DNA of 64,000 nucleotides from a bacterium (GTDB taxonomy: Bacteria; Desulfobacterota; DSWW01). Shown here one piece after another: positions 53,782-62,924 of the stretch (position 1 is its first letter; every line of letters starts with the position of its first letter). Made by a program: the position numbers and the translations under genes. The notes under the pieces were generated by a model. It had not been told where the DNA came from and searched no databases. It saw nothing but the letters and a program-made list of their open reading frames with translations. The stretch spans positions 1 through 64,000 of the forward strand of contig JBFLZG010000065.1 of NCBI GenBank assembly GCA_040756235.1, in the 5' to 3' direction.

Positions 53782-55425
53782 TTACAGCTCCAGAAGCGTC
53801 TGCAGCATCTCGTCCACGGCGGTCAGGTATTTGGCAGCGGCCTGGTAGGCGTGCTGGTAGGCGAGCAGGTGGATCTCCTCTTCCTCGATCGACACGCCCG
53901 ACACGCTGTCGCGGTACGTCTGGATGGACGTGTGCAGGGCTTCCTTGGCCTGCGTCATGCGGCTTGCATCCTGGACGATGGACCCGATGTCGCCGACCAG
54001 CGACTCATAGAATCCGCCGGGGCTCACCGTATCTCCGTTGAGCACCTTCGCGTCCCGCAGCGCGGCCAGGGCCAGCGCGTTGCGGTTGTCGCCGGGCAGG
54101 GTATCCGCCTCCTGGGCCGCGGCCAGGTGCGAAGCATCGTCGACGAGCATTCCGATCTTCTGCGCCATCCCCTCGGTGGCGCTGACGCTGAACCGGTCCC
54201 CGGCAGCCGGAGCGCCGTTCACGCTGGAGAGCACGACCCGCAGGCCGCCGAACTCGATCGCGCCGCCGTCCACGTAGGCCTGATTCGAGGCGACGACGGT
54301 CGACCGGGTCACATCCACGATGTCGTACGTGCCGGGGGCCGTGAACCGTATCTCATACCGATCGAGCGAGAAGCCCGCCCCGTCCAGGATCTCCGCCTGG
54401 CTGACCTCGGCCCCGCCGGCATTGGTGCTGAGGGACTGGACCCCTACGTCCGGCACCGAGAAGAGGGGCTGGCCCGTCCCTCCCTCCAGATCGTATCCCG
54501 CCATATGGACCCGGTTGCACTCCCGGGCGAAGGCCGTCGCCAGGGTGTCCAACTGGTCCTGGAAGCGGGCCGTCTGCTCCCGGCTCTCCAGAACCGCCTG
54601 CATCTTGCCTCCGCCCATCGACCCGGTGATGTCCCCGCCGCGGATGTAGATGCCGTAGAAGTTGTGGTTGTCCGCGTCCGGCACGAGATGCACCTCGTAA
54701 GCCGTGCTGCCCCCGACCAGGGCCTGTCCTCCGGACGCGAGCACGTGGAGCTCTCCGCGAGCCCCCTCGAACGTGGTGATATCCAGGTAGCCGGCGAGCT
54801 CCGAGAGCAGCTCGTCTCTGCGATCGAGCAGGTCATTCGGCTGGGCAGACGCCCCCTGGACCCGGAGAATCTCCTGGTTCAGGGCGGCGATCTCGCCGGT
54901 CAGGTCGTTGACGGCATCCCGGTACGACTCCAGCTGCTTGTTGGAGTACTGGATCTCCTCCTCCAGGGAGCGAGAGAGACCTTGCAGGCTGGCCGCCACT
55001 TCCGTGCCTCTGGAGAGGATCGTCTGGCGCTCGGCGGCGCCCGCGGGATTGCTCGCGAGGTCCTGCCAGGCGTTGAAGAAATCATCCATCACGGTGCCGA
55101 GGTTGCTGTCCTCGGAAGGATACAGGATGGACTCGAGGCGCGCGTAGTTCTGCTCCCGCAGGGAGTAATCCTCGAGGTCGGAAGTGGCCTTGAGGGCTTG
55201 CAGTCCCAGAAAGGCGTCGTAGATCCTCTGCACCCCCTGCACTTCGACGCCCGTGCCGGAAGGGATGCCGTTTACCGAGACCACGATGCCGGACGTCTGG
55301 GAAACCCGCTGGCGGCAGTAGCCGGGGGTGTTGACGTTGGCGATGTTGTTGCCGCAGACCTGCAGGCCGAACTCGGCCGCGTTGAGGGCGGTCCGTCCGA
55401 TGTTCAGAAGGAGGCCGGCACCCAT
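53782..55425 (-). CDS. flgK: Hook-associated protein FlgK
   Basis: NNIANVNTPGYCRQ, NDLLDRRD, GDNRNA and SVSGVSIEEE. Confidence 0.95.
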   Translation of the reverse strand: MGAGLLLNIGRTALNAAEFGLQVCGNNIANVNTPGYCRQRVSQTSGIVVSVNGIPSGTGVEVQGVQRIYDAFLGLQALKATSDLEDYSLREQNYARLESILYPSEDSNLGTVMDDFFNAWQDLASNPAGAAERQTILSRGTEVAASLQGLSRSLEEEIQYSNKQLESYRDAVNDLTGEIAALNQEILRVQGASAQPNDLLDRRDELLSELAGYLDITTFEGARGELHVLASGGQALVGGSTAYEVHLVPDADNHNFYGIYIRGGDITGSMGGGKMQAVLESREQTARFQDQLDTLATAFARECNRVHMAGYDLEGGTGQPLFSVPDVGVQSLSTNAGGAEVSQAEILDGAGFSLDRYEIRFTAPGTYDIVDVTRSTVVASNQAYVDGGAIEFGGLRVVLSSVNGAPAAGDRFSVSATEGMAQKIGMLVDDASHLAAAQEADTLPGDNRNALALAALRDAKVLNGDTVSPGGFYESLVGDIGSIVQDASRMTQAKEALHTSIQTYRDSVSGVSIEEEEIHLLAYQHAYQAAAKYLTAVDEMLQTLLEL

Positions 55426-55428
55426 TTC

Positions 55429-55830
55429 CTACCGGAGCCTTCCTGCGCGGTCGTAGACCGGGCTCTGCGGGCGGAGACTTCGAACAAAGGCGAGTGAGCG
55501 GCTCACCTGGTCCTTCTGTTCCTCGAGGGCCTTCTCGTGCACCCTGCACTGCTCCAGAAGGTCGCGGGCGAGCCGGTCCCGGTTTCTCAGCAGCTCCGCT
55601 TCCCTCGCATCCGGCCGGGCCGGCGGCTTCCCGTCGGTCGTTGCCCCGGCCCGTGCGCGGGAGATCGACTCGCCCAGGAGCGCGACGATCCTCTCCTTTT
55701 CACGGCTCGCTTCGACCAGTGCCTCCCGGTCCATGGCGGCCAGGGATTTGCGCTCCGCGAAGAGCGCCTGCCGGAGCCGCTCGAGCTGCTCGATCTGCTC
55801 TTCGACCGGACTTCGGCCCCCGTCTTTCAT
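55429..55830 (-). CDS. flgN: Flagellar export chaperone FlgN
   Basis: Between flgM and flgK; helical, with C-terminal YDRAG. Confidence 0.75.
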   Translation of the reverse strand: MKDGGRSPVEEQIEQLERLRQALFAERKSLAAMDREALVEASREKERIVALLGESISRARAGATTDGKPPARPDAREAELLRNRDRLARDLLEQCRVHEKALEEQKDQVSRSLAFVRSLRPQSPVYDRAGRLR

Positions 55831-55836
55831 GCAGGC

Positions 55837-56139
55837 TTACTCCTTGGAAGTCTCTTCGAGGACGGCGCCGATCCACTTGTCGGCGACCTTCCTGCTGTCC
55901 GGCTCGTAGGTGCCCTCGCGGATCTTCTTCTGCAGGGCCTCCACCAGATGCATCCGTACTTCCTCGGCGCCGCGGCCGCTCCTCTCCATCTCCCGGATCT
56001 GCTTGAGATCGTCGGAGAGACACACCCGGTCCTTGCGGACGGCGCCTGAAGCGCCTGAGGTTTCCTTGACGCGCTTGGCGGACGGGGCCTCCGCACCGGA
56101 GACCGCGATGCCGTTCTTGCCGGTTCCCTGGATCTTCAT
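55837..56139 (-). CDS. flgM: Anti-sigma28 factor FlgM
   Basis: MKI start, DRVCLS and VEALQKKIREGTYEPDSRKVADK. Confidence 0.9.
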   Translation of the reverse strand: MKIQGTGKNGIAVSGAEAPSAKRVKETSGASGAVRKDRVCLSDDLKQIREMERSGRGAEEVRMHLVEALQKKIREGTYEPDSRKVADKWIGAVLEETSKE

Positions 56140-56204
56140 GGCGTTCTCTCCCCCTCTCGACCTGAAATGCGGCCCCGCGCTCACTCGCAAGATCCGCACT
56201 TAGC

Positions 56205-56231
56205 TTATCGGTCGGCCTGCGGAAAACTTTA
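56205..56231 (-). promoter_or_regulatory. sigma28 promoter of flgM-flgN-flgK-flgL
   Basis: TAAA-N15-ACCGATAA. Confidence 0.85.
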
Positions 56232-56276
56232 GGGGAAGTCCCGACCTCAGTTGCCTGGTCGCTGACCGGGCACCCT

Positions 56277-56353
56277 GTAAGGGGAAAAGTTTTCGCCCCT
56301 ACGGATTGCCAGCCTCTACCACCTGTGGGGGCGAAGGATTTTTCGCCCCTACA
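56277..56353. repeat. Two GTAG-type REP hairpins overlapping the flgJ 3' end
   Basis: GTAAGGGGAAAAGTTTTCGCCCCTAC and TGTGGGGGCGAAGGATTTTTCGCCCCTACA. Confidence 0.7.
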
Positions 56354-56643
56354 TCGCTCTGTTGGACCCACCGCTGCAGGGCTTCCCGGATGCCGATGCC
56401 GCCGCCCTGCATCAGCGCTTCGGTGAAGGCCTGGTCGAACCAGTCCATGTAGATTTCCTTGCCGGCACCCATGCCGGCGCCGAGCTCCTTGGAAAAGGCT
56501 TCCCGCATGCTGCGCACGAGCTGACCGATGAACACCGCCTCGAAAGATTCGAAGACTTTTTCGTCAGCGATCTTCTCCTGGCTCGTGCCGCGCATCCGGT
56601 CCAGGCCGCCGAGGGCCTCGGGTTTCAGATTGTTGCATTCCAT
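56299..56643 (-). CDS. flgJ: FlgJ rod-binding domain only (no muramidase domain)
   Basis: FEAVFIGQLVRSMR, IYMDWFDQ and GGGIGI; directly after flgI. Confidence 0.82.
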   Translation of the reverse strand: MECNNLKPEALGGLDRMRGTSQEKIADEKVFESFEAVFIGQLVRSMREAFSKELGAGMGAGKEIYMDWFDQAFTEALMQGGGIGIREALQRWVQQSDVGAKNPSPPQVVEAGNP

Positions 56644-56699
56644 CGTCACCGCGCTCTCCCTGCTAGGGTCTTCTCCCCTCTTCCTGGCACTCGACGCCT

Positions 56700-56763
56700 G
56701 AGACCTCGCGCCTCCATGCGCCACGAGTGCAACGCCGCAGATGGGCGTTTTGGGACAACCTCT
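56700..56763. mobile_element. MITE-like family A, right-end fragment
   Basis: GCGCCTCCATGCGCC..GCAACGCCGCAGATGGGCGTTTTGGGACAACCTCT, ending at the flgI stop. Confidence 0.65.
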
Positions 56764-57871
56764 ACATGATCACCAGCTCCGCGTTCAGGGCTCCGGCCGT
56801 CTTCATCGCCTGGAGGATGGCGATGAGGTCTCGGGGCGTCACGCCCACTGCGTTCATGGCCTTGACCACCTCGCCCAGAGAAACCCCTTTCGGCAGCACC
56901 ATGAGCCGTGAAGGCTTGTCCTCCACCGAGAGCTGGGTCTCCCGGGTCACCACCGTCTCACCGGCACCGAAAGGCGCCGGCTGGGAAACAGCCGGCTCTT
57001 CGTGAATCATCACGCTCAGCCCGCCGTGGGAGACCGCTACCGTGGAGATCCTCACGTTCTCTCCCATGACCACGGTCCCGGTGCGCTCGTTGATCACGAC
57101 CCGGGCCGGCGCGTCGACCGGGATCTCGATGGCTTCCAGCTGCGCGAGGTAGTCCACGACCTTCTCCTGACGGGAAGGAGGCACTTCGACCTCCACGGTC
57201 CGGGAGTCCACGGCAGAGGCGACCTGGGAGCCCATCTGCAGGTTCATCGCAGACGCCATCTTCTGCGCGGTCGTGAAATCGGGCTCGCGCAGCACGAAGT
57301 GGATCTGCCCTTGCGTCTGGAGCACGACCGGCACGTCCCGCTCCACCAGGGCCCCGCCCGGAACCGTACCCACGGTCGGATGGTTCTTCTGCATCTGATC
57401 GCCCCCTCCGGAAGCCGAGAACCCTCCGAGGGACACCGGCCCCTGGGCCAGGGCATAGATGTTTCCATCGACCCCTCTGAGGGGAGACATCAGGAGCGTG
57501 CCTCCCTGCAGGCTCTTCGCATCGCCCAGGGACGAAACCGCCACGTCCAGGCGCGCGCCCGGCCGGACGAAAGGAGGCAGATCGGCCGTGACCATGACGG
57601 CCGCCACGTTCTTGACCTTGACCTGGTTCGGGTCCACGCGGATGCCCATCCGCACGAGCATGTTGGTAAGGCTTTGAATGGTGAACTCGGTCCCCTGCTT
57701 GTCCCCGGTCCCGTTCAGCCCCACCACGAGACCGTACCCGAGGAGCTGGTTTTCCCGCACGCCGATGATCTTCGACACGTCCTTCACCCGGGCCCCCTGC
57801 GAAGTCGCAGGCGCCAGGAGCACCCCGACGGACAGCACCAGGGAAAGCATCCACCGAACCAGTCGCCTCAT
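56762..57871 (-). CDS. flgI: Flagellar P-ring protein FlgI
   Basis: GVRENQLLGYGLVVGLNGTGD, KNVAAVMVTA, GDAKSLQGGTL and INERTGTVV. Confidence 0.97.
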   Translation of the reverse strand: MRRLVRWMLSLVLSVGVLLAPATSQGARVKDVSKIIGVRENQLLGYGLVVGLNGTGDKQGTEFTIQSLTNMLVRMGIRVDPNQVKVKNVAAVMVTADLPPFVRPGARLDVAVSSLGDAKSLQGGTLLMSPLRGVDGNIYALAQGPVSLGGFSASGGGDQMQKNHPTVGTVPGGALVERDVPVVLQTQGQIHFVLREPDFTTAQKMASAMNLQMGSQVASAVDSRTVEVEVPPSRQEKVVDYLAQLEAIEIPVDAPARVVINERTGTVVMGENVRISTVAVSHGGLSVMIHEEPAVSQPAPFGAGETVVTRETQLSVEDKPSRLMVLPKGVSLGEVVKAMNAVGVTPRDLIAILQAMKTAGALNAELVIM

Positions 57872-57910
57872 GCCTCACCCCTCGTTCAGGCCCTCTTCAT
57901 GAATTCATCC

Positions 57911-58072
57911 GTAGGCTGATCAGAAATGCCCAGATGCAAGGCGCGCGAAGTCCCGAGGAATGAGGCGCACAGTGAGAATCACGATGGACCCCGACTTCAG
58001 CCGGGGCAGGCTCCCCGCGCCTCCATGCGCCACCAGCGCAACGCCGCAGATGGGCGTTTATGGACAGCCTAC
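57911..58072. mobile_element. MITE-like family A copy between flgH and flgI
   Basis: GTAGGCTG...CAGCCTAC ends and shared core; the right end overlaps the flgH TAG. Confidence 0.75.
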
Positions 58073-58764
58073 AAAGGCCAGACCCAGTCCATGATCCTGG
58101 CAAACCATCCCGGCCCCTGCACGTCACCCAGGACCCCCTTGCCCGTGTACCTGATCTTGGCATCCGCGATCTGGGTGGAGGACACGGTATTGTAGGGAGA
58201 GATGTCCTCCGGCCGTACCACGCCTTCCAGGGAGATGAACTGCTTCTCGCGGTTGACCTTGATCTCACGCTTTCCCCGGATCACGAGGTTGCCGCCCGGC
58301 AGGACTTGTACGACCCGGGCCGACATGGTGGCCAGCAGCTTGTCCTTGCGCACGGTCGTCCCGGCCCCCTTGAAGCTCCGCTCGTAGCCCCCCTTGACCG
58401 AAGGGGAGAAGGGCTTTCCCGAATTCAGGAAGTCCCGCATGCCGTAGTCCTGAGGCAGCCCGAACAGATCGTCAATGGACGCATCCAGCGCAGAGCTCCT
58501 GGAAGTGTCGGTCCCCGCCTCCTGGCTGGCCGATGTCTCTTCCACCACGTTCACCGTCACGATGTCCCCGAGACCGCGGGCGCGCCGGTCTCCGTAGCAG
58601 TCGCCCAGCCCCTCACTCCAGATCGAGCCGGCCGAGGTCCCTCCCCTCATCTCGATCGGTGCGGGGATATCGATGTCCGGCATTTCATCATCGGTGTGGG
58701 CGCACCCGCAGGCGACCCAGAGAACCAGGAGAACGAGACCTGCTCTTCTCTTCATCTTCATCAT
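58069..58764 (-). CDS. flgH: Flagellar L-ring protein FlgH
   Basis: Lipobox, DRRARGLGDIVTV, VLPGGNLVIRG, GVVRPEDI and IADAKIRY. Confidence 0.95.
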   Translation of the reverse strand: MMKMKRRAGLVLLVLWVACGCAHTDDEMPDIDIPAPIEMRGGTSAGSIWSEGLGDCYGDRRARGLGDIVTVNVVEETSASQEAGTDTSRSSALDASIDDLFGLPQDYGMRDFLNSGKPFSPSVKGGYERSFKGAGTTVRKDKLLATMSARVVQVLPGGNLVIRGKREIKVNREKQFISLEGVVRPEDISPYNTVSSTQIADAKIRYTGKGVLGDVQGPGWFARIMDWVWPL

Positions 58765-58780
58765 CTTCCTCGTGATGTCG

Positions 58781-58807
58781 GCAGGGGCGACCGGCGGTCG
58801 CCCCTGC
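58781..58807. repeat. GTAG-type REP hairpin abutting the flgA stop
   Basis: GCAGGGGCGACCGGCGGTCGCCCCTGC. Confidence 0.7.
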
Positions 58808-59499
58808 TAGAATGCGACCGAAACCGTTTGCGGATCCACCACCGTGGCCAGGATCTCCTTGCCGGACAGGACGTTCAGCACCCGCACCTGCTCTCCGGTC
58901 CGGCCCCGTTGCAGTGCCTTGCCGGGCGCCTGCACCTCGATTCCCGCTCCCTGGCCCACGATGAGAACCGTGTCCCCCGATTCCATGCCCTCCTGGTCCC
59001 GGACGTGCCACGGCCTCAGCGCCGCCCCCTTGGAGACCGGGCGCCAGATCTTCTTGCCGGCGACCTCTTCGATCCTCGAACAGGCATCGCCCAAGACCCT
59101 GCGTCCCTCCTGGATCTCCTCCCGCACGTCCCCCGGCCCGACCGGATGCCCGATCGGCAGGTCGCGCGCGGCCACGACCACGGTCCGCACGCCGCGCAGT
59201 CGCACCAGGAGGCGAACGTGGTGCGGGACGCCGGGCCGGCTCTCGATCTCGAGCCGCACTCCGGTCGTCTCCTGCCAGGCCGAGCCGGCTTCCTTCTCCA
59301 CCGCGACGATCTTCCCCTGGCCGGGCAGGACCTCGCCGCGCCGCAGACTCCAGTCCGAGAATTCCAACCCGCGCGGCCCGTGCTCCCGCACATAGGACGC
59401 CAGAGCGTCCCGGATCTCCGGGTCCCAGCTCTTGCCGGCCCGGGCGGTCCCGGCCAGCCCGACGAGCACCGCCACCAGGCACATGGTTTTCTGGAACAT
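58807..59499 (-). CDS. flgA: P-ring chaperone FlgA
   Basis: Signal peptide, SAF domain (VVAARDLPIG) and GKALQRG..GEQVRVLN..SGK. Confidence 0.9.
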   Translation of the reverse strand: MFQKTMCLVAVLVGLAGTARAGKSWDPEIRDALASYVREHGPRGLEFSDWSLRRGEVLPGQGKIVAVEKEAGSAWQETTGVRLEIESRPGVPHHVRLLVRLRGVRTVVVAARDLPIGHPVGPGDVREEIQEGRRVLGDACSRIEEVAGKKIWRPVSKGAALRPWHVRDQEGMESGDTVLIVGQGAGIEVQAPGKALQRGRTGEQVRVLNVLSGKEILATVVDPQTVSVAF

Positions 59500-59501
59500 C
59501 G

Positions 59502-60290
59502 CTACACCTTCAGGTTATTGAGCATCTGCAGCATCTGATCGGCCGATTGGATCGCCTTCGAGTTGATCTCGTAGGCCCGCTGGCTGATGATCATGTTCAC
59601 CATCTCCTCCACCACGTTGACGTTGGACATCTCGAGGAACCCCTGGGCGACCGTTCCCATGCCGTCCTCGCCCGGGACCCCGGTGACCTCGTCACCCGAG
59701 GCCGTCGTCGCCAGGAACAGGTTCTGTCCCATGGGGCGGAGCCCGCCCGGGTTGACGAACCTGGCGAGCTCCAACGATCCGATCTCCGTGGGGACGTTCG
59801 AATCGCCCTGCGTCACGGAGAGGATCCCGTCCGCGCTGATGAAGACCTCCCGGGTGTCCTCGGGCACCGAGGTTTCCGGGTCCAGAGGGTAGCCGGTGGC
59901 CGTCACGATCCTTCCCTCACTGTCGACCTTGAACGAGCCGGAGCGGGTGTAGGCGACCTCTCCGCTCGGCAGCAGGATCTTGAAAAACCCTTCCCCTTCC
60001 ACGGCCAGGTCCAGCGGGTTGCTCGTCTGCTCGAGGTTCCCTTCGGAGAAGATCTTCTCGGTCGAAACCGGCCTCACACCGAGTCCGATCTGGAGTCCGG
60101 TCGGCACCTGGGTATCCGGCGATGAGGCCGCCCCCGGCATCGTTTCCTCCTGATAGAGCAGCTCCTGGAAATCGGTCCGCGACTTCTTGTAGCCGACCGT
60201 GTTGACGTTGGCCAGGTTGTTGGCGATCACGTCGAGGTTCAACTGCTGGCTCTGCATCCCGGTCGAGGCGATCCAGAATGTGCGAAGCAT
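59502..60290 (-). CDS. flgG: Distal rod protein FlgG
   Basis: IANNLANVNTVGYK, FQELLYQ, YTRSGSF and LEMSNVNVVEEMV..QRAYEINSK. Confidence 0.97.
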   Translation of the reverse strand: MLRTFWIASTGMQSQQLNLDVIANNLANVNTVGYKKSRTDFQELLYQEETMPGAASSPDTQVPTGLQIGLGVRPVSTEKIFSEGNLEQTSNPLDLAVEGEGFFKILLPSGEVAYTRSGSFKVDSEGRIVTATGYPLDPETSVPEDTREVFISADGILSVTQGDSNVPTEIGSLELARFVNPGGLRPMGQNLFLATTASGDEVTGVPGEDGMGTVAQGFLEMSNVNVVEEMVNMIISQRAYEINSKAIQSADQMLQMLNNLKV

Positions 60291-60313
60291 CTCTTTTCCC
60301 CTTGCTCCGGTCG

Positions 60314-60342
60314 GCAGGGGCGAAAACCCCCTTCGCCCCTGC
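60314..60342. repeat. GTAG-type REP hairpin
   Basis: GCAGGGGCGAAAACCCCCTTCGCCCCTGC between flgF and flgG. Confidence 0.7.
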
Positions 60343-60356
60343 AGGTTGCCGGCCTC

Positions 60357-61037
60357 TTACAGTCTGCCCATCTCTTGAATGATCTTTCCTTCCATGTCGC
60401 TGAAGCCGTCCATCAGCTTCATGTACGACTGGTAGCCCCGCAGCAGCTCCATGATGTGCATCATCTCTTCGAGGGGCTTCACGCTGGAGGTTTCCAGCTG
60501 CCCCTGCAGCACCCGGAAGGATCCGTCGGGCAACGGCGATCCGTCTTCCCCGGCGACCCGCAGCCGCGCGACCGCAACGCCGCCGGCCAGGATCTCTCCG
60601 TCGCTCCGGACCTCCACGGTTCCGGCTGACTCGATGCGGATGTCGCGGCCGTCCTCGGCCACAACGGGATAGCCTTCCGGGGAGACCAGGGCGTTGTTGG
60701 GTCCGATCCGGAAGCGGCCGTCCCGTGTCGGCTGGACCCCTTGGGAGGTTCGCACGGCGAAATAACCTGCGCCGTCCAAGGCGAGATCCAGCGGCTCTCC
60801 GGTATGCTGCAGCTCTCCCTGCTGCTCGCTCCGCGAAGACGGGAAGAGGTGGACGAAGGCCACCGGATCGAATCCGGCAGGGCTGTCCGCGGGGACCGCG
60901 AAGGGGAGGGTTTCCATCTCCAGCGACCAGGGCTTGTAGCCGGGCGTGGCGGCGTTGGTCAGGTTGTGCGTAACCGTCTCCAGGCCTTTCTGGCAAGCGA
61001 TGGCTCCCGAGGCGGCGATGTAGGCGCCAATGTCCAT
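60357..61037 (-). CDS. flgF: Proximal rod protein FlgF
   Basis: HNLTNAATPGYK, TGEPLDLAL, TRDGRF and QGQLETSSV..EEM; upstream of flgG. Confidence 0.88.
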   Translation of the reverse strand: MDIGAYIAASGAIACQKGLETVTHNLTNAATPGYKPWSLEMETLPFAVPADSPAGFDPVAFVHLFPSSRSEQQGELQHTGEPLDLALDGAGYFAVRTSQGVQPTRDGRFRIGPNNALVSPEGYPVVAEDGRDIRIESAGTVEVRSDGEILAGGVAVARLRVAGEDGSPLPDGSFRVLQGQLETSSVKPLEEMMHIMELLRGYQSYMKLMDGFSDMEGKIIQEMGRL

Positions 61038-61170
61038 GTCTGCGAACCCCCTCTCTCCGTTCATCCGGCTTGCCGAAAACCCGGCCGGATCCGTCGTGCG
61101 TGCGTGCGATCGGGTCCGGCGGCGCGCGGCCCTTCGTCACCGCCCCGGAACCGGCTCCGGCATTTACGGA

Positions 61171-61186
61171 AGCAATTGCCGTTCCA
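61171..61186 (-). promoter_or_regulatory. sigma54 promoter of flgFGAHIJ
   Basis: TGGAACGGCAATTGCT. Confidence 0.75.
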
Positions 61187-61338
61187 TGCGCCCGGCCCTG
61201 CCAGCGCCCTGATTTGCCGCGCCCTCACGGCCTTCCCGGACACTTCCGGCGCGGAAGTTCCTGCCCACCCGGCAAAGCTTGCCGGCCCCAAACAGGTGAA
61301 GGCAAAAGGGTAAAGGGAATCGTGCCAAGAGCAACTCC

Positions 61339-61746
61339 CTACGCCACAGGAAGCGGAGAGCGGCGACTCCCGAGCGTGCAGCCGGCATCCTGCCCGGGGA
61401 CCTCTCCCTCCCTCCCCATCTGCAGCAATGCCAGCCCCATTTCGACCTCGCCGGTCGGCACCTGCAGCCGGCCGGCGATCTGCACCACCGAGAGCCCCTT
61501 CCTGCGCAGCCGTTCCGCCTGCTTCATGATCTCCGGCGCATCCCCGGGGTCCGACCCGCCGTCAGGCTCGGCTCTCTTCGCCACCGCAGCCCGCTCCGCC
61601 GCGCGGCTCGAGCGGGCCGCGCGTCCCAGGACGAGGGCGCGCCGCCACGCAAGACGAACCACCCCCCCCCAGGGAATGCAGGCAACCAGGACGGCGATGA
61701 GAACGGACACGAGCAAGTCGACGCCGACGAGCACAAACGGGTTCAT
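61339..61746 (-). CDS. Hypothetical membrane-anchored protein with C-terminal HTH-like motif
   Basis: N-terminal TM; GLSVVQIAGRLQVPTGEVEM motif seen in flagellar-locus DUF2802-like proteins. Confidence 0.65.
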   Translation of the reverse strand: MNPFVLVGVDLLVSVLIAVLVACIPWGGVVRLAWRRALVLGRAARSSRAAERAAVAKRAEPDGGSDPGDAPEIMKQAERLRRKGLSVVQIAGRLQVPTGEVEMGLALLQMGREGEVPGQDAGCTLGSRRSPLPVA

Positions 61747-61765
61747 TCGGATTTCCCTCCGCGCA

Positions 61766-61948
61766 TCACACCCGGGTGTCGATGAGCCGGTCTTTCGGCA
61801 TCTCCTCCCGGCCGTCCTTCTTCTTCTCTTCCTGCTCCTTCCGCCTGCCGCGCTCGTCCGCCTCCTTCTGGTTGCGGACCCCCTGGACGCGATCGGACCT
61901 TTTCACCGGCGGCGCCTCGCCGCCGATCGTGCTGGGCGCATCGACCAT
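61766..61948 (-). CDS. Small charged hypothetical protein (60 aa)
   Basis: AGGAGG SD, in operon after motB, C-terminal LIDTRV. Confidence 0.6.
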   Translation of the reverse strand: MVDAPSTIGGEAPPVKRSDRVQGVRNQKEADERGRRKEQEEKKKDGREEMPKDRLIDTRV

Positions 61949-61965
61949 GGGATTCCCTCCTGGAG

Positions 61966-61985
61966 GGGCGACGCATGCGTCGCCC
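61966..61985. repeat. Perfect 20-bp palindrome (REP-like) abutting the motB stop
   Basis: GGGCGACGCATGCGTCGCCC; also present at 39619-39638. Confidence 0.65.
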
Positions 61986-62924
61986 TCAATCTCCCTTCAG
62001 CCCCTCTCCTTTCTCCATCCCGGCGGGCTCCCCGCCGGCTTTCCTGGGCGGCAGCTCGGCCGCGGGGAGCGGTCGCACGATCCCGCGGAACACGGGCATC
62101 TTCCCGAGGGGCGACAGCGTCCCGGCCGCGGCAGGAGCCGACGTCCTGTCCTCGGCCAGCCTGGGCTGATCTTCCTGTTCCTTGATGACGATGCTGACGC
62201 GCCGGTTCAGCGGAGAAAACGGGTCCTCCTTCACGATCGGGTCGGTGGCGGCATAGCCGATGACTTTGGTGATGCGGTCCCCGGACACGCTCTCCTCGGT
62301 CAGCGCCTTGCGCACGGCGTTGGCCCGGTCCACCGAGAGCTCCCAGTTCGTGTAGGCGCCTTCCCGATACGGGTGGGCGTCCGTGTGCCCCTCGATCCAG
62401 ATCGGGTACGGCAGCTGGCCGATCTCAGCGGCGATGATGCTGAGGATCTTCTGTCCGTGGGGCAGCAGGCGCGCGTCGCCCGTCTCGAACATGGCCTTGC
62501 CGGAGCGCTCCACGATCTCGATCCGCACCCCGCCCGAGATGACCGTCAGGAACACCTGATCCAGCGCCTCCTTCAGGCTCTTCTCCAGCTCGCTCTTGAT
62601 CCTCTCCTCCAGCCTCCTCTTCCAGGACTCTCCGTCCTGGACGCCGCCCGCGTCCTGCTGGAGCAGGATGATTTCGCCCGGCATGTGCGAGAGCGTCTCG
62701 CCGCCGATGGAATCCTCGCCCTTGAACAGGCTGAAGCTCCGAAAATACTCCGCGATGGCGCTGCGGGTCTCCGCCGAGAGCATGGCAATCAGCCAGAGCA
62801 CCATGAACAGGGCCATCATGGCGGTGACGAAGTCGGCATAGGCCACCTTCCAGGCGCCTCCGTGGTGCCCTCCTCTGTGGATCTTCTTGACCTTCTTGAT
62901 GATCGGTTCCTGGTCTGGTCTCAT
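61986..62924 (-). CDS. motB: Stator protein MotB
   Basis: WKVAYADFVTAMMALF, EGHTD, NWELSVDRAN and NRRVSI. Confidence 0.96.
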   Translation of the reverse strand: MRPDQEPIIKKVKKIHRGGHHGGAWKVAYADFVTAMMALFMVLWLIAMLSAETRSAIAEYFRSFSLFKGEDSIGGETLSHMPGEIILLQQDAGGVQDGESWKRRLEERIKSELEKSLKEALDQVFLTVISGGVRIEIVERSGKAMFETGDARLLPHGQKILSIIAAEIGQLPYPIWIEGHTDAHPYREGAYTNWELSVDRANAVRKALTEESVSGDRITKVIGYAATDPIVKEDPFSPLNRRVSIVIKEQEDQPRLAEDRTSAPAAAGTLSPLGKMPVFRGIVRPLPAAELPPRKAGGEPAGMEKGEGLKGD

